Assembly (NCBI GenBank): GCA_019828565.1
Contig: JAHDYR010000053.1
Span: 34,114 to 98,113, forward strand
Source of the DNA: Carpediemonas membranifera BICM
Lineage: Eukaryota; Protista; Fornicata
Direction of reading: 5' to 3'
DNA: 64,000 bases
Position 1 is the first letter of the stretch. Each line of letters starts with the position of its first letter. The translations under genes and the position numbers were made by a program. Under the pieces are notes generated by a model. That model had not been told where the DNA came from. It made no database searches and saw only the letters and a program-made list of their open reading frames with translations. Shown here piece by piece: positions 11,968 to 23,519 of the stretch.

Positions 11968-12623
11968 TTATTTCTTCGTGGATACCTTGTCGAAGAACTG
12001 CAATGCCAAGGTCAACTTGCCTTCCTTCGTCATCTCTTTGTCGGTCAGCAGTGTCTCGAAGTCAGCGACAACGAGAGGCCGGCAAGCAAAGGGGTCAGCC
12101 CAATAGTCATCTTCGTAGGCGACCGAGAGGAACTCAAACGGACGAATGTCAACGCTTGCTTCATATACAATGACAGGCAAGACTGCATCCTCCACACAAA
12201 CATGGCACAGAAGAGCACTGACATTGTGGTACTAAATAATTGGGGGAGAGGCATGTTACAAACAGCAGAGTTGTCGTTCACCGTGTGGACTCCAAGCTTG
12301 CCCATCAGTGAAGACGCATCCATAGCGAACTTCGTCGTGCCAACGCGAGTGCAGTACGTGGGGTCATCCGGCTGGAAGTCGATCAGTCGGCCGCAGTACA
12401 GGCCGATGATGCTCTTCGCAGGGATTTCGGCACGAGACGCGATGCCCTTGCCAGCGGTGCCTCCATATAGCGTGCGCTGATCAGTCATGTACAGCTGTAC
12501 GCTCTTGGAGACACCGTTGGCCGCTATCGTGATGTCCCGGTCCAGGAACGAGCTACCCTCCTGCTTCCAGTCAATATCCTTCAAGTCTGCCGGTATTTTT
12601 GTCAAACAGCAGCTCATAGTCAT
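11968..12623 (-). CDS. SET-domain protein with one 32-nt intron (12232-12263)
   Basis: GKGIASRAEIPAKSIIGLYCG, MDA, VNDN and EFLSVAY. Removing GTTTGT..TTTAG fuses two ORFs in frame. Confidence 0.8.
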
Positions 12624-12967
12624 GACGAGACATGCTAGAACCCTCCGAGGGGATTACGATCGTTTCTTCCGACATCGTTCTCAGAATTCGACCCGTTTAT
12701 AAATCAATAATAAGCAAGCTAAGCTGCAGCTCAGGCACCCTCCATGCGCTCGTTCCCTGGCATCTTGGCCCGCGGCCTCTTCAGCGGCGTTTCGGCCCCT
12801 CTCGTAAATCGAGAGGTCTTCTTGATGTTGTTACTGTCTCTGTGCTCCCATTGCTTGCCAGTCTCATTGTAGTGTTAAGTTAGTGCCAAATGGTCTTTAT
12901 TGCTGTTCGCTCGCATTAATACGGAAGAGAAAGAATGATGATGTTGATTAGCTTGCGGGGAAAGGCA

Positions 12968-14280
12968 TTACCGGACATTTGACGCGCACAACCTGCTTAA
13001 TACTGCATAAAAGCATCGCTGATCGCTTTCTCTTCTGTTCTTCAACGCCCAAGGAGCGGCTTCCAGGTCGGCAACGGTTGCCGACCTGGACCCGTGCAGT
13101 TTATGCTTTTTCGGCCAACCGACGAAGTCAAGCTTGGCCAAGACACATACTGTGTACACGGACCCTGGCAGGCTAGTTACGCCGCTCAGCCTCTGCATCC
13201 AGTTGATAATCACTCGCCATTTACTTCTGGTGCTTTTCCTGCTCTCTCTTCTCCATCACGTCGTCATACTCGGCCCTCGTCAGCCTCACAGTTGTCATCC
13301 CGGCATCACGGATGTGCTCAAAGGCCTCAACGGGCAGCTTCGGCATCCCGTCCTCGCTGTCGCTGCTGCTGCCCAAGTCTGACTCGCTCTCGTGATAGCG
13401 GCGAAGGCGAATGCGTCTGCTGGGCTCCCTGGTCTTCATAGCGTCATAGAGCGGAGCGAGCCCACTTCCATTGGCCCCGCTACGGACACCCTCATCGGTA
13501 TCTCTCTCAGACATATCACACTCAACCTGTTGTGACTGAACAAATGACAGGTTGTCGACGAGGCTATCCTCGGCATCGCTGTCTGAACTCTCCTCATCCT
13601 CCCACTCTCCTTCCAGCATCTCCAACCCGGCCTCATCGTCAAACTCGCCCTCCACTGCGGTCTCCGGCATCTCTGCCTCGCCAGCTGTCTCGTCAAACAG
13701 CGCCTCATCGTCAGACTCACCCTCCCCCGTGTCGACCCCCATCGGGATTACGCTGGTCGTGGAGCTGGACCATCCTCATCCTGAGCTTTTTGTAAAGCCA
13801 CCAGGTCGGCAGAGCTTAAGGTAATCCTGGCGCCCTCATCCTGGCGCCTCATCCCTGGCGCCGTCATCCCTGGCGTCCTCTCCCTCATAAATCTGAATCA
13901 TCTTCTTGTCTTGCTCCCGATGTTGTCATTGCTGTTTTCGTGTCCACAAGCATTCCAGTCTCATTATAATGTTTATTCAGTACCAAATCATCCTTTAGTG
14001 ACGGGCATTCTCATCTGCATTGCCGAGAAAAAGAGTTGATGTTGATTAGATGGTGACGAATGCATTACCGGACATTTGACGCGCACAACCTGCTTAATAC
14101 TGCATAAAAGCATCGCTGATCGCTTTCTCTTCTGTTCTTCAACGCCCAAGGAGCGGCTTCCAGGTCGGCAACGGTTGCCGACCTGGACCCGTGCAGTTTA
14201 TGCTTTTTCGGCCAACCGACGAAGTCAAGCTTGGCCAAGACACATACTGTGTACACGGACCCTGGCAGGCTAGTTACGCT
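12968..14280. repeat. Internal repeat module: hairpin segment, acidic 3' gene fragment (13221-13742), ATCCTGGCGCC minisatellite (about 13823-13880), hairpin segment
   Basis: Direct copy at 19566-20802; inverted copies within 25150-27156. Confidence 0.9.
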
Positions 14281-14289
14281 GCTCAGACT

Positions 14290-15202
14290 ATGTCTAGAGA
14301 CGTTCGGCTGGGCTCTGCACGGATGGAAATGAACACTATCACGTCAAGCACCCAACAGCAAGAGACAACGGCTTTTAAGGAAGCTTTTGAGCTCTTTATG
14401 GACAAGTACTCGCTATTCACAATCAGTAGGCTTTAACGAGGGCGAGAATAACGGTAACACAGCCAAAATCAGGGCCGATGTCCGCAGCTCGTTCTTTTCC
14501 GCTTGGCTATGCACTCAGTGTGGCAGTAAGTGGATGATGGAGAGAACGAACAGCCTTCTTGTGTCGTTCTCGGGCTCTGTGGCAGTCGACATTCAGACGA
14601 CAGTCTTCGCAGGTTTCGGTGCTGGTGATCCGTCGTCAATGTCGATCGACACCACCCTCGCACTGCTCAAAGACGTGCAGGACTTGGTTGTTTGGTGTGA
14701 CATTGCTGCTAAGGTGAGGCGCATGAGACTACCGAGCGACAAGGTCAGGAAGGCGTGCATTACCATCGCACCGACGAGTGTGGCCAAGAGGGCTTACGCA
14801 ATCGTCAGCCATCCTACTGCTTTCACGGTCTGGTGGGAGCACTATGCCCTTCGCAAGATTTCTCCTGAAGTCTTCAAGGACTTTATTGACTGGGCCAACT
14901 TTACGAGCACAGCCGATCTCGTCACTGGAGAGGTGACTGCTGTTCAGCTCACTGACACTGTGATGCACTATGCCATAGACTCTATCTCCAAGTTTGAGTC
15001 CGGCTATCACCTCACCAAGTGGGAGGAGCCGTGGGTGACCAGAACTTGGCAGAAACCGTGCGAGGCGACTGCAGACGCCAAACAAAACAATCTGGTCGAA
15101 AACAAAACTACTCGCAGCTGGTATTGTCCGCAGCCTTCGCCTCAGGCTCGAAAGCTGTTGGAGCAGTTTACCCGTAGCTCCTTTACTCGGTTTGGTAAGT
15201 AA
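14290..15202 (+). CDS. Orphan cargo protein P, copy 1 (one extra A near 14435)
   Basis: Duplicate of 17041-17952. Confidence 0.6.
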
Positions 15203-15226
15203 CACTGATAAATCAATGGATATAGT

Positions 15227-16507
15227 TTACTCGTCAGGCTCTTCGACCTGAGGAACTGCCCCAGTTGAGACAACTTCCTCATCAGCTGTTCCAATCGCCT
15301 TATAAATGACAACTCTTCTGTCATCGCCCTCAAACTTCTTCTGGATGAGCGTGGTGAGGGACGAGTCATCCTCGGCAGGGGTGTCAAGCAAAAGATTCTT
15401 CAGACCAACATCCATGACAACGTTGGTGTAAGCGATGGTGTCAGGCAGACAGTGGCTCGAGAGCAGGTCCCAGAAGAGATTGGGGAAGAGAATCATGTAT
15501 CTCACCACGAGAATATAGTGTCGCGTGACGGTCCCAGGGTCGATGAACAACATCGTTGCCATGGAGTCACAAATCGACTTGACCATGCCGGCGTACGTCG
15601 CCCTGTAATTCCACACCTTCCGAGTTCCATCGATAAGTTCTCTGGTGGGTCGCATCAAGGCCTCGCTAACCCTAGCCTGCAGTACCTCCAGCTGCTCGGT
15701 CGGGACGATGCAGTCGTCGATGGCCACACCGTCATTCTCCAGCTCATTGTAGAGCTCCATCTGATATGCCACCCATGCGATGTTGCAGATGCGCTCGACA
15801 CTCTGGACCCTCTCATTCCGAATGACCGACTTCAGGTCCGACTTGGATATAAACTTCAGCTCCCTGGCGCCGGCTGCCTCAAGCTTGGTGGAACTAGCCC
15901 ACGAGCTTAGGAACTGCTCCACATCAATCTCACTGGTAAGGAAAGGAAGCTTGCGCTTCGGCGCCTTGGCGCGGGCAGTGGGAGTTATGGCGGATGCGGA
16001 TGCACCAGTGTCGGCGATGGCCACAGACGAGCTACCAACAGAGCCAGAAGAAGCTGCCTCGGCGAGGGACATGGAAGGGACAGCCGAGCGGGTGCCAGAG
16101 CACGGTTCATCGGCTGAAAGCTGTCTGGCAGCAGAACCGGTGGGAGATGGGCCGGCGAGGGATATAGCGGCGTCGCCAGCTGCGCGCCTGGCTGCGCGCA
16201 GGGCTCGGTCTGAAGGCTTGGCAGGAGAACTAGAATCGACTTGCTCTGCGCAATCGGCGGAGCGAAAGCGCTTTTCAGCAGGTTGCGGAGCTGCCTTGCG
16301 CACAATGGGCTCATCGCGTTCCTCTAACACGTTAGAATCTGGAACAAGCTCAAGAGCGGCGCGAAAGAGCTCCTCGGCACGTCCACGGGCGGAATCGTTG
16401 AAACGGTTGACAACGAGGACCGATTTCTCAGATAACTTGTCCCGTCGCATACGATAGGACGTACCAGTGAGGCAGTGAAGCTCCTGAAGCATGTAATTGC
16501 TTTCCAT
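15227..16507 (-). CDS. Orphan cargo protein Q, copy 1 (426 aa)
   Basis: Long ORF; IAWVAYQMELYNEL matches RAWIAYQLCLYDCL in 59114-60460. Confidence 0.75.
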   Translation of the reverse strand: MESNYMLQELHCLTGTSYRMRRDKLSEKSVLVVNRFNDSARGRAEELFRAALELVPDSNVLEERDEPIVRKAAPQPAEKRFRSADCAEQVDSSSPAKPSDRALRAARRAAGDAAISLAGPSPTGSAARQLSADEPCSGTRSAVPSMSLAEAASSGSVGSSSVAIADTGASASAITPTARAKAPKRKLPFLTSEIDVEQFLSSWASSTKLEAAGARELKFISKSDLKSVIRNERVQSVERICNIAWVAYQMELYNELENDGVAIDDCIVPTEQLEVLQARVSEALMRPTRELIDGTRKVWNYRATYAGMVKSICDSMATMLFIDPGTVTRHYILVVRYMILFPNLFWDLLSSHCLPDTIAYTNVVMDVGLKNLLLDTPAEDDSSLTTLIQKKFEGDDRRVVIYKAIGTADEEVVSTGAVPQVEEPDE

Positions 16508-17040
16508 GTCGATTCCAGCAATGCGCGAAGAACAAGAACCTTGGGAACAACCATGGGAGCACCAGACGTACTGTTTACGAAGGAAGATGGTAGGCCAGGG
16601 TCCCCGGTCGATTCACCATGGCCTCTTCAGCGTCCTCATAAATCTGAATCATCTTCTTGTCTTGCTCCCGATGTTGTCATTGCTGTTTTCGTGTCCACAA
16701 GCATTCCAGTCTCATTATAATGTTTATTCAGTACCAAATCATCCTTTAGTGACGGGCATTCTCATCTGCATTGCCGAGAAAAAGAGTTGATGTTGATTAG
16801 ATGGTGACGAATGCATTACCGGACATTTGACGCGCACAACCTGCTTAATACTGCATAAAAGCATCGCTGATCGCTTTCTCTTCTGTTCTTCAACGCCCAA
16901 GGAGCGGCTTCCAGGTCGGCAACGGTTGCCGACCTGGACCCGTGCAGTTTATGCTTTTTCGGCCAACCGACGAAGTCAAGCTTGGCCAAGACACATACTG
17001 TGTACACGGACCCTGGCAGGCTAGTTACGCTGCTCAGACT

Positions 17041-17952
17041 ATGTCTAGAGACGTTCGGCTGGGCTCTGCACGGATGGAAATGAACACTATCACGTCAAGC
17101 ACCCAACAGCAAGAGACAACGGCTTTTAAGGAAGCTTTTGAGCTCTTTATGGACAAGTACTCGCTATTCACAATCAGTAGGCTTTACGAGGGCGAGAATA
17201 ACGGTAACACAGCCAAAATCAGGGCCGATGTCCGCAGCTCGTTCTTTTCCGCTTGGCTATGCACTCAGTGTGGCAGTAAGTGGATGATGGAGAGAACGAA
17301 CAGCCTTCTTGTGTCGTTCTCGGGCTCTGTGGCAGTCGACATTCAGACGACAGTCTTCGCAGGTTTCGGTGCTGGTGATCCGTCGTCAATGTCGATCGAC
17401 ACCACCCTCGCACTGCTCAAAGACGTGCAGGACTTGGTTGTTTGGTGTGACATTGCTGCTAAGGTGAGGCGCATGAGACTACCGAGCGACAAGGTCAGGA
17501 AGGCGTGCATTACCATCGCACCGACGAGTGTGGCCAAGAGGGCTTACGCAATCGTCAGCCATCCTACTGCTTTCACGGTCTGGTGGGAGCACTATGCCCT
17601 TCGCAAGATTTCTCCTGAAGTCTTCAAGGACTTTATTGACTGGGCCAACTTTACGAGCACAGCCGATCTCGTCACTGGAGAGGTGACTGCTGTTCAGCTC
17701 ACTGACACTGTGATGCACTATGCCATAGACTCTATCTCCAAGTTTGAGTCCGGCTATCACCTCACCAAGTGGGAGGAGCCGTGGGTGACCAGAACTTGGC
17801 AGAAACCGTGCGAGGCGACTGCAGACGCCAAACAAAACAATCTGGTCGAAAACAAAACTACTCGCAGCTGGTATTGTCCGCAGCCTTCGCCTCAGGCTCG
17901 AAAGCTGTTGGAGCAGTTTACCCGTAGCTCCTTTACTCGGTTTGGTAAGTAA
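17041..17952 (+). CDS. Orphan cargo protein P, copy 2 (about 303 aa)
   Basis: Open frame; AFTVWWEH..KISPEVFKDFI resembles EFMVWYKA..KIDEEEFTYYI in 58017-58619. Confidence 0.7.
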   Translation: MSRDVRLGSARMEMNTITSSTQQQETTAFKEAFELFMDKYSLFTISRLYEGENNGNTAKIRADVRSSFFSAWLCTQCGSKWMMERTNSLLVSFSGSVAVDIQTTVFAGFGAGDPSSMSIDTTLALLKDVQDLVVWCDIAAKVRRMRLPSDKVRKACITIAPTSVAKRAYAIVSHPTAFTVWWEHYALRKISPEVFKDFIDWANFTSTADLVTGEVTAVQLTDTVMHYAIDSISKFESGYHLTKWEEPWVTRTWQKPCEATADAKQNNLVENKTTRSWYCPQPSPQARKLLEQFTRSSFTRFGK

Positions 17953-17976
17953 CACTGATAAATCAATGGATATAGT

Positions 17977-19257
17977 TTACTCGTCAGGCTCTTCGACCTG
18001 AGGAACTGCCCCAGTTGAGACAACTTCCTCATCAGCTGTTCCAATCGCCTTATAAATGACAACTCTTCTGTCATCGCCCTCAAACTTCTTCTGGATGAGC
18101 GTGGTGAGGGACGAGTCATCCTCGGCAGGGGTGTCAAGCAAAAGATTCTTCAGACCAACATCCATGACAACGTTGGTGTAAGCGATGGTGTCAGGCAGAC
18201 AGTGGCTCGAGAGCAGGTCCCAGAAGAGATTGGGGAAGAGAATCATGTATCTCACCACGAGAATATAGTGTCGCGTGACGGTCCCAGGGTCGATGAACAA
18301 CATCGTTGCCATGGAGTCACAAATCGACTTGACCATGCCGGCGTACGTCGCCCTGTAATTCCACACCTTCCGAGTTCCATCGATAAGTTCTCTGGTGGGT
18401 CGCATCAAGGCCTCGCTAACCCTAGCCTGCAGTACCTCCAGCTGCTCGGTCGGGACGATGCAGTCGTCGATGGCCACACCGTCATTCTCCAGCTCATTGT
18501 AGAGCTCCATCTGATATGCCACCCATGCGATGTTGCAGATGCGCTCGACACTCTGGACCCTCTCATTCCGAATGACCGACTTCAGGTCCGACTTGGATAT
18601 AAACTTCAGCTCCCTGGCGCCGGCTGCCTCAAGCTTGGTGGAACTAGCCCACGAGCTTAGGAACTGCTCCACATCAATCTCACTGGTAAGGAAAGGAAGC
18701 TTGCGCTTCGGCGCCTTGGCGCGGGCAGTGGGAGTTATGGCGGATGCGGATGCACCAGTGTCGGCGATGGCCACAGACGAGCTACCAACAGAGCCAGAAG
18801 AAGCTGCCTCGGCGAGGGACATGGAAGGGACAGCCGAGCGGGTGCCAGAGCACGGTTCATCGGCTGAAAGCTGTCTGGCAGCAGAACCGGTGGGAGATGG
18901 GTCGGCGAGGGATATAGCGGCGTCGCCAGCTGCGCGCCTGGCTGCGCGCAGGGCTCGGTCTGAAGGCTTGGCAGGAGAACTAGAATCGACTTGCTCTGCG
19001 CAATCGGCGGAGCGAAAGCGCTTTTCAGCAGGTTGCGGAGCTGCCTTGCGCACAATGGGCTCATCGCGTTCCTCTAACACGTTAGAATCTGGAACAAGCT
19101 CAAGAGCGGCGCGAAAGAGCTCCTCGGCACGTCCACGGGCGGAATCGTTGAAACGGTTGACAACGAGGACCGATTTCTCAGATAACTTGTCCCGTCGCAT
19201 ACGATAGGACGTACCAGTGAGGCAGTGAAGCTCCTGAAGCATGTAATTGCTTTCCAT
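17977..19257 (-). CDS. Orphan cargo protein Q, copy 2 (426 aa)
   Basis: One amino-acid difference from copy 1. Confidence 0.75.
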   Translation of the reverse strand: MESNYMLQELHCLTGTSYRMRRDKLSEKSVLVVNRFNDSARGRAEELFRAALELVPDSNVLEERDEPIVRKAAPQPAEKRFRSADCAEQVDSSSPAKPSDRALRAARRAAGDAAISLADPSPTGSAARQLSADEPCSGTRSAVPSMSLAEAASSGSVGSSSVAIADTGASASAITPTARAKAPKRKLPFLTSEIDVEQFLSSWASSTKLEAAGARELKFISKSDLKSVIRNERVQSVERICNIAWVAYQMELYNELENDGVAIDDCIVPTEQLEVLQARVSEALMRPTRELIDGTRKVWNYRATYAGMVKSICDSMATMLFIDPGTVTRHYILVVRYMILFPNLFWDLLSSHCLPDTIAYTNVVMDVGLKNLLLDTPAEDDSSLTTLIQKKFEGDDRRVVIYKAIGTADEEVVSTGAVPQVEEPDE

Positions 19258-19565
19258 GTCGATTCCAGCAATGCGCGAAGAACAAGAACCTTGGGAACAA
19301 CCATGGGAGCACCAGACGTACTGTTTACGAAGGCAGATGGTAGGCCAGGGTCCCCGGTCGATTCACCATGGCCTCTTCAGCGTCCTCATAAATCTGAATC
19401 ATCTTCTTGTCTTGCTCCCGATGTTGTCATTGCTGTTTTCGTGTCCACAAGCATTCCAGTCTCATTATAATGTTTATTCAGTACCAAATCATCCTTTAGT
19501 GACGGGCATTCTCATCTGCATTGCCGAGAAAAAGAGTTGATGTTGATTAGATGGTGACGAATGCA

Positions 19566-20802
19566 TTACCGGACATTTGACGCGCACAACCTGCTTAATA
19601 CTGCATAAAAGCATCGCTGATCGCTTTCTCTTCTGTTCTTCAACGCCCAAGGAGCGGCTTCCAGGTCGGCAACGGTTGCCGACCTGGACCCGTGCAGTTT
19701 ATGCTTTTTCGGCCAACCGACGAAGTCAAGCTTGGCCAAGACACATACTGTGTACAAGGACCCTGGCAGGCTAGTTACGCCGCTCAGCCTCTGCATCCAG
19801 TTGATAATCACTCGCCATTTACTTCTGGTGCTTTTCCTGCTCTCTCTTCTCCATCACGTCGTCATACTCGGCCCTCGTCAGCCTCACAGTTGTCATCCCG
19901 GCATCACGGATGTGCTCAAAGGCCTCAACGGGCAGCTTCGGCATCCCGTCCTCGCTGTCGCTGCTGCTGCCCAAGTCTGACTCGCTCTCGTGATAGCGGC
20001 GAAGGCGAATGCGTCTGCTGGGCACCCTGGTCTTCATAGCGTCATAGAGCGGAGCGAGCCCACTTCCATTGGCCCCGCTACGGACACCCTCATCGGTATC
20101 TCTCTCAGACATATCACACTCAACCTGTTGTGACTGAACAAATGACAGGTTGTCGACGAGGCTATCCTCGGCATCGCTGTCTGAACTCTCCTCATCCTCC
20201 CACTCTCCTTCCAGCATCTCCAACCCGGCCTCATCGTCAAACTCGCCCTCCACTGCGGTCTCCGGCATCTCTGCCTCGCCAGCTGTCTCGTCAAACAGCG
20301 CCTCATCGTCAGACTCACCCTCCCCGTGTCGACCCCCATCGGGATTACGCTGGTCGTGGAGCTGGACCATCCTCATCCTGAGCTTTTTGTAAAGCCACCA
20401 GGTCGGCAGAGCTTAAGGTAATCCTGGCGCCCTCATCCTGGCGCCTCATCCCTGGCGCCGTCATCCCTGGCGTCCTCTCCCTCATAAATCTGAATCATCT
20501 TCTTGTCTTGCTCCCCGATGTTGTCATTGCTGTTTTCGTGTCCACAAGCATTCCAGTCTCATTATAATGTTTATTCAGTACCAAATCATCCTTTAGTGAC
20601 GGGCATTCTCATCTGCATTGCCGAGAAAAAGAGTTGATGTTGATTAGATGGTGACGAATGCATTACCGGACATTTGACGCGCACAACCTGCTTAATACTG
20701 CATAAAAGCATCGCTGATCGCTTTCTCTTCTGTTCTTCAACGCCCAAGGAGCGGCTTCCAGGTCGGCAACGGTTGCCGACCTGGACCCGTGCAGTTTATG
20801 CT
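19566..20802. repeat. Second direct copy of the internal repeat module
   Basis: Matches 12968 to about 14204; ends just after GCAGTTTATG. Confidence 0.9.
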
Positions 20803-20985
20803 CGCAACCAAAGTTGGTCACAGTTTCAATGATACGTGTTAACAATGCAACATAGACGGGTAAACACTGGTGTGAACTAATATATCCTCGCTAATTCACG
20901 TGACGTGAGTGATGTTGCACTTGTGACTATGAACAGACTCCTAGTTAATAGTACCGATCAAATTACCGAATACTTCATGTCATAT

Positions 20986-23037
20986 TTAGTTCTTACGTCT
21001 CCTAATCTTCACCTGGGTCGGCTTTGAGACCTTCCGCAAAGTTGCATGTCGACCCATCAACTGTATCACGTAGTTGATGTCGAGCCTGGCGCACTCCGCC
21101 CTAAAACTCTCCAGCGCTCTACTCTGATCGCCATCGAAGGGACGCCGCACTGTCAATGCATTGCCCTTCTCGTTACGGTAAATGTGCGTGATCATCTTCT
21201 CATCAATGTTGACAAGCATGGTCGGCTTCCCTGTCATCGAAGTCCACACTCTGATTGCTTCAACGCATGCCCATCTCGTCACTGTCCCGTCACTATTGAC
21301 GTGCCCAGGAAACAGCTCATCCAGAAGCTCTATCTCTGTCATCTTTGAGAATACGGCCATGGTCCTTGCGTGGGCGAGGAGCGTCTGGCGGTAAGCTGTC
21401 GCCTCATCCTCAGCCTTGAGCTTCTGCGACAAGGGCAATTTGCGTCTGAACGCAGTAAATGTTCTCAGACCCGACATCATCATCAGGCAGTGAATGATGC
21501 AGTTCCCATAACCCAGGGTCGGATACGTAGGCCAACCTGAACTCGGAAGCCTTGTCGTGATGATCATGTCGAATGCCACAGTTCGGTTGTAGCGGGTTGG
21601 GTCAGACCTGGCGTTGACCACTCTTCCGCTCTCCTCGGTTTCACCCTCCTCCTCTGCCCCACCCTCCTCGTCTGACTCGGCCTTCTCTTCCTCCTGCTCC
21701 TCCTCTGACTTACTCTTGGCCGGAGAGTGCTGTGCGATGATATCCTTCATCTCAGGCGTAAAGTTGAGGTCTATGGGGTCTGCCAGGTCATTCGGAGCGG
21801 TTGCTTGTGCAGACGCTGAGCAAACATCCTCGTCGTCGCCGGAGTTGCCGCCCTCGAGGTCGCCAAAGTGCAGCTCCTCCATCAACTCATCCGCCACTGG
21901 CTCCTCTTCCTCCTCTGACTCGACCTCCTCCACTGGCTCCTCTTCCTCCTCTGACTCGACCTCCTCCACTGGCTCCTCTTCCTCCTCTGACTCCTCCTCC
22001 GAGTCCTCTGGCCTGGCCTTCTCGGGCTCGGTGGTGATGGCCTTGCGCTTCACAGACATGGCTGCCTGCGCCTCGTCCGTATCGCGTCGGGGGCAGGAAG
22101 TCCTGGAGAGCGTGCCAGACTGTGGCGGGATGGGGCTGGCGGCGAACGAAACATCGCAGGAAGCAAGGTACCCAACGTCATGCTCATGATGGATACGCCT
22201 GCACTCAAGAAAGTGGTCTCTTCTCTCGTCAGTCACCTGCTTCGTCAGCCGCTCGACCTGCTCCTTGAGAGATTGGATCTCCGTCTTCTGAGCAGAGATC
22301 AGACTGGCTGTCACGCGACGTACGACTCGAGCTTCAGCAGGGAGTCTCGTGGTCAAAGTCTTCTCGCCAGTAAGCGCCTGAGTATCGATCTGGTCGGCCC
22401 AGAGATAGCGCTGAAGCACGTGGTCGGCGTGATCCTCGCCGGGACAGGGGGCGTTATCCCTGCGGGCCCGCACACGACGAGTACCGCAGATCTCATCGTA
22501 CACTCGCTCCCATACCACGTCATACTTGGACTCGCGCGTGTATTCCATCTCCTTTTCCAACTCCTTTCGGTCTTCCTCATCGGCCAGCTTCATCATCTGA
22601 ACCCGAGTACAATCCCTGATGTCCTCGTCCTCCTCCTTCGCGAGTTCACACTCAAGCCTAGCGTTTGTCTTCATTCTAGCCTCACGAATGCTCTTCTTCA
22701 CCCGAATACGCGCGCTCTCCACCTCGCCGTCGTACAGGTGCGTGAAGGTATCCCCGCCGAGGACCTGCTTCAGTGTTTTCTTGTGTTCCCCTGTGACTCT
22801 TTCACCCTCATTCAATTTCATCGTCGCCATAAACTGCGCCTTAAGGTCCTTCTTCATATCTTCCGTCTCCTGGCGCGTGAGGCGGAAGAACGTGGCAATA
22901 CGCTTGAGATTAACACCTGTGTAAACAATTTCGCTCAGTAACGTACGTTCCTTGATCACAGTAGCGAGTAAATCGCGCCTAGGCAGCAAAAAGCGCGCGA
23001 AGGACGTCGCATTTGCCTTTAGCGCTTGCAGCTGCAT
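20986..23037 (-). CDS. Coiled-coil, acidic protein with C-terminal OTU-like cysteine-protease domain; probable in-frame 30-nt intron at 22917-22946
   Basis: LGYGNCIIHCL, WA and GRHA motifs; homologous to 48755-50129. True start is uncertain. Confidence 0.65.
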   Translation of the reverse strand: MQLQALKANATSFARFLLPRRDLLATVIKERTLLSEIVYTGVNLKRIATFFRLTRQETEDMKKDLKAQFMATMKLNEGERVTGEHKKTLKQVLGGDTFTHLYDGEVESARIRVKKSIREARMKTNARLECELAKEEDEDIRDCTRVQMMKLADEEDRKELEKEMEYTRESKYDVVWERVYDEICGTRRVRARRDNAPCPGEDHADHVLQRYLWADQIDTQALTGEKTLTTRLPAEARVVRRVTASLISAQKTEIQSLKEQVERLTKQVTDERRDHFLECRRIHHEHDVGYLASCDVSFAASPIPPQSGTLSRTSCPRRDTDEAQAAMSVKRKAITTEPEKARPEDSEEESEEEEEPVEEVESEEEEEPVEEVESEEEEEPVADELMEELHFGDLEGGNSGDDEDVCSASAQATAPNDLADPIDLNFTPEMKDIIAQHSPAKSKSEEEQEEEKAESDEEGGAEEEGETEESGRVVNARSDPTRYNRTVAFDMIITTRLPSSGWPTYPTLGYGNCIIHCLMMMSGLRTFTAFRRKLPLSQKLKAEDEATAYRQTLLAHARTMAVFSKMTEIELLDELFPGHVNSDGTVTRWACVEAIRVWTSMTGKPTMLVNIDEKMITHIYRNEKGNALTVRRPFDGDQSRALESFRAECARLDINYVIQLMGRHATLRKVSKPTQVKIRRRKN
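21894..21993. repeat. 36-nt coding tandem repeat (ESEEEEEPVEEV), about 2.7 units
   Basis: ccactggctcctcttcctcctctgactc is seen three times. Confidence 0.9.
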
Positions 23038-23519
23038 TGATCTTGGTCATTAGCTCCTTCTTCTCGAACTCAGTGGCTTCTTCCAGCCAAGTGAACAAGT
23101 CTAGCATCGTATATCGCCAAGAGACGTTAAATGGTTACTAAAAGTTTATGTATATCGCCTGCGGCTTGTAAGCACTCACACCGTGACTACCACCAGCCGT
23201 CATCACACCCCTAGCCCTACCCACACGTCCATTCTCGCCGATGCTGATTAAATCGTCCGGCCAGCGAGCCGGGGCCTTTCGCAAATTTAATATGGCCAAG
23301 AGACGTTATCTGCGGCTGAAAAGAGCCCCATATAACCCCCTATGACGTTATACGGAGAAATCATCGCCGATTTTCACGTTTCGGCGAGCTCCGGCCAAGG
23401 GGTCCAGGAGTCAGCTTTTGGGGGAAGGTCTGTGGTGCTATAACGTACCTCGGGACGCACTGTGGAGGCCCCTAGAGTACTCGGTCATGGCATGTCAGAC
23501 CAAGGGTGCCTCAAATCTG

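Larger units (their letters stand above)
13880..19385. repeat. Tandem duplication with a period of about 2750 bp, carrying two convergent genes
   Basis: ORF offsets 15227 to 17977 and 15202 to 17952 are both 2750; the copies differ by only a few bases. Boundaries are approximate. Confidence 0.92.
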
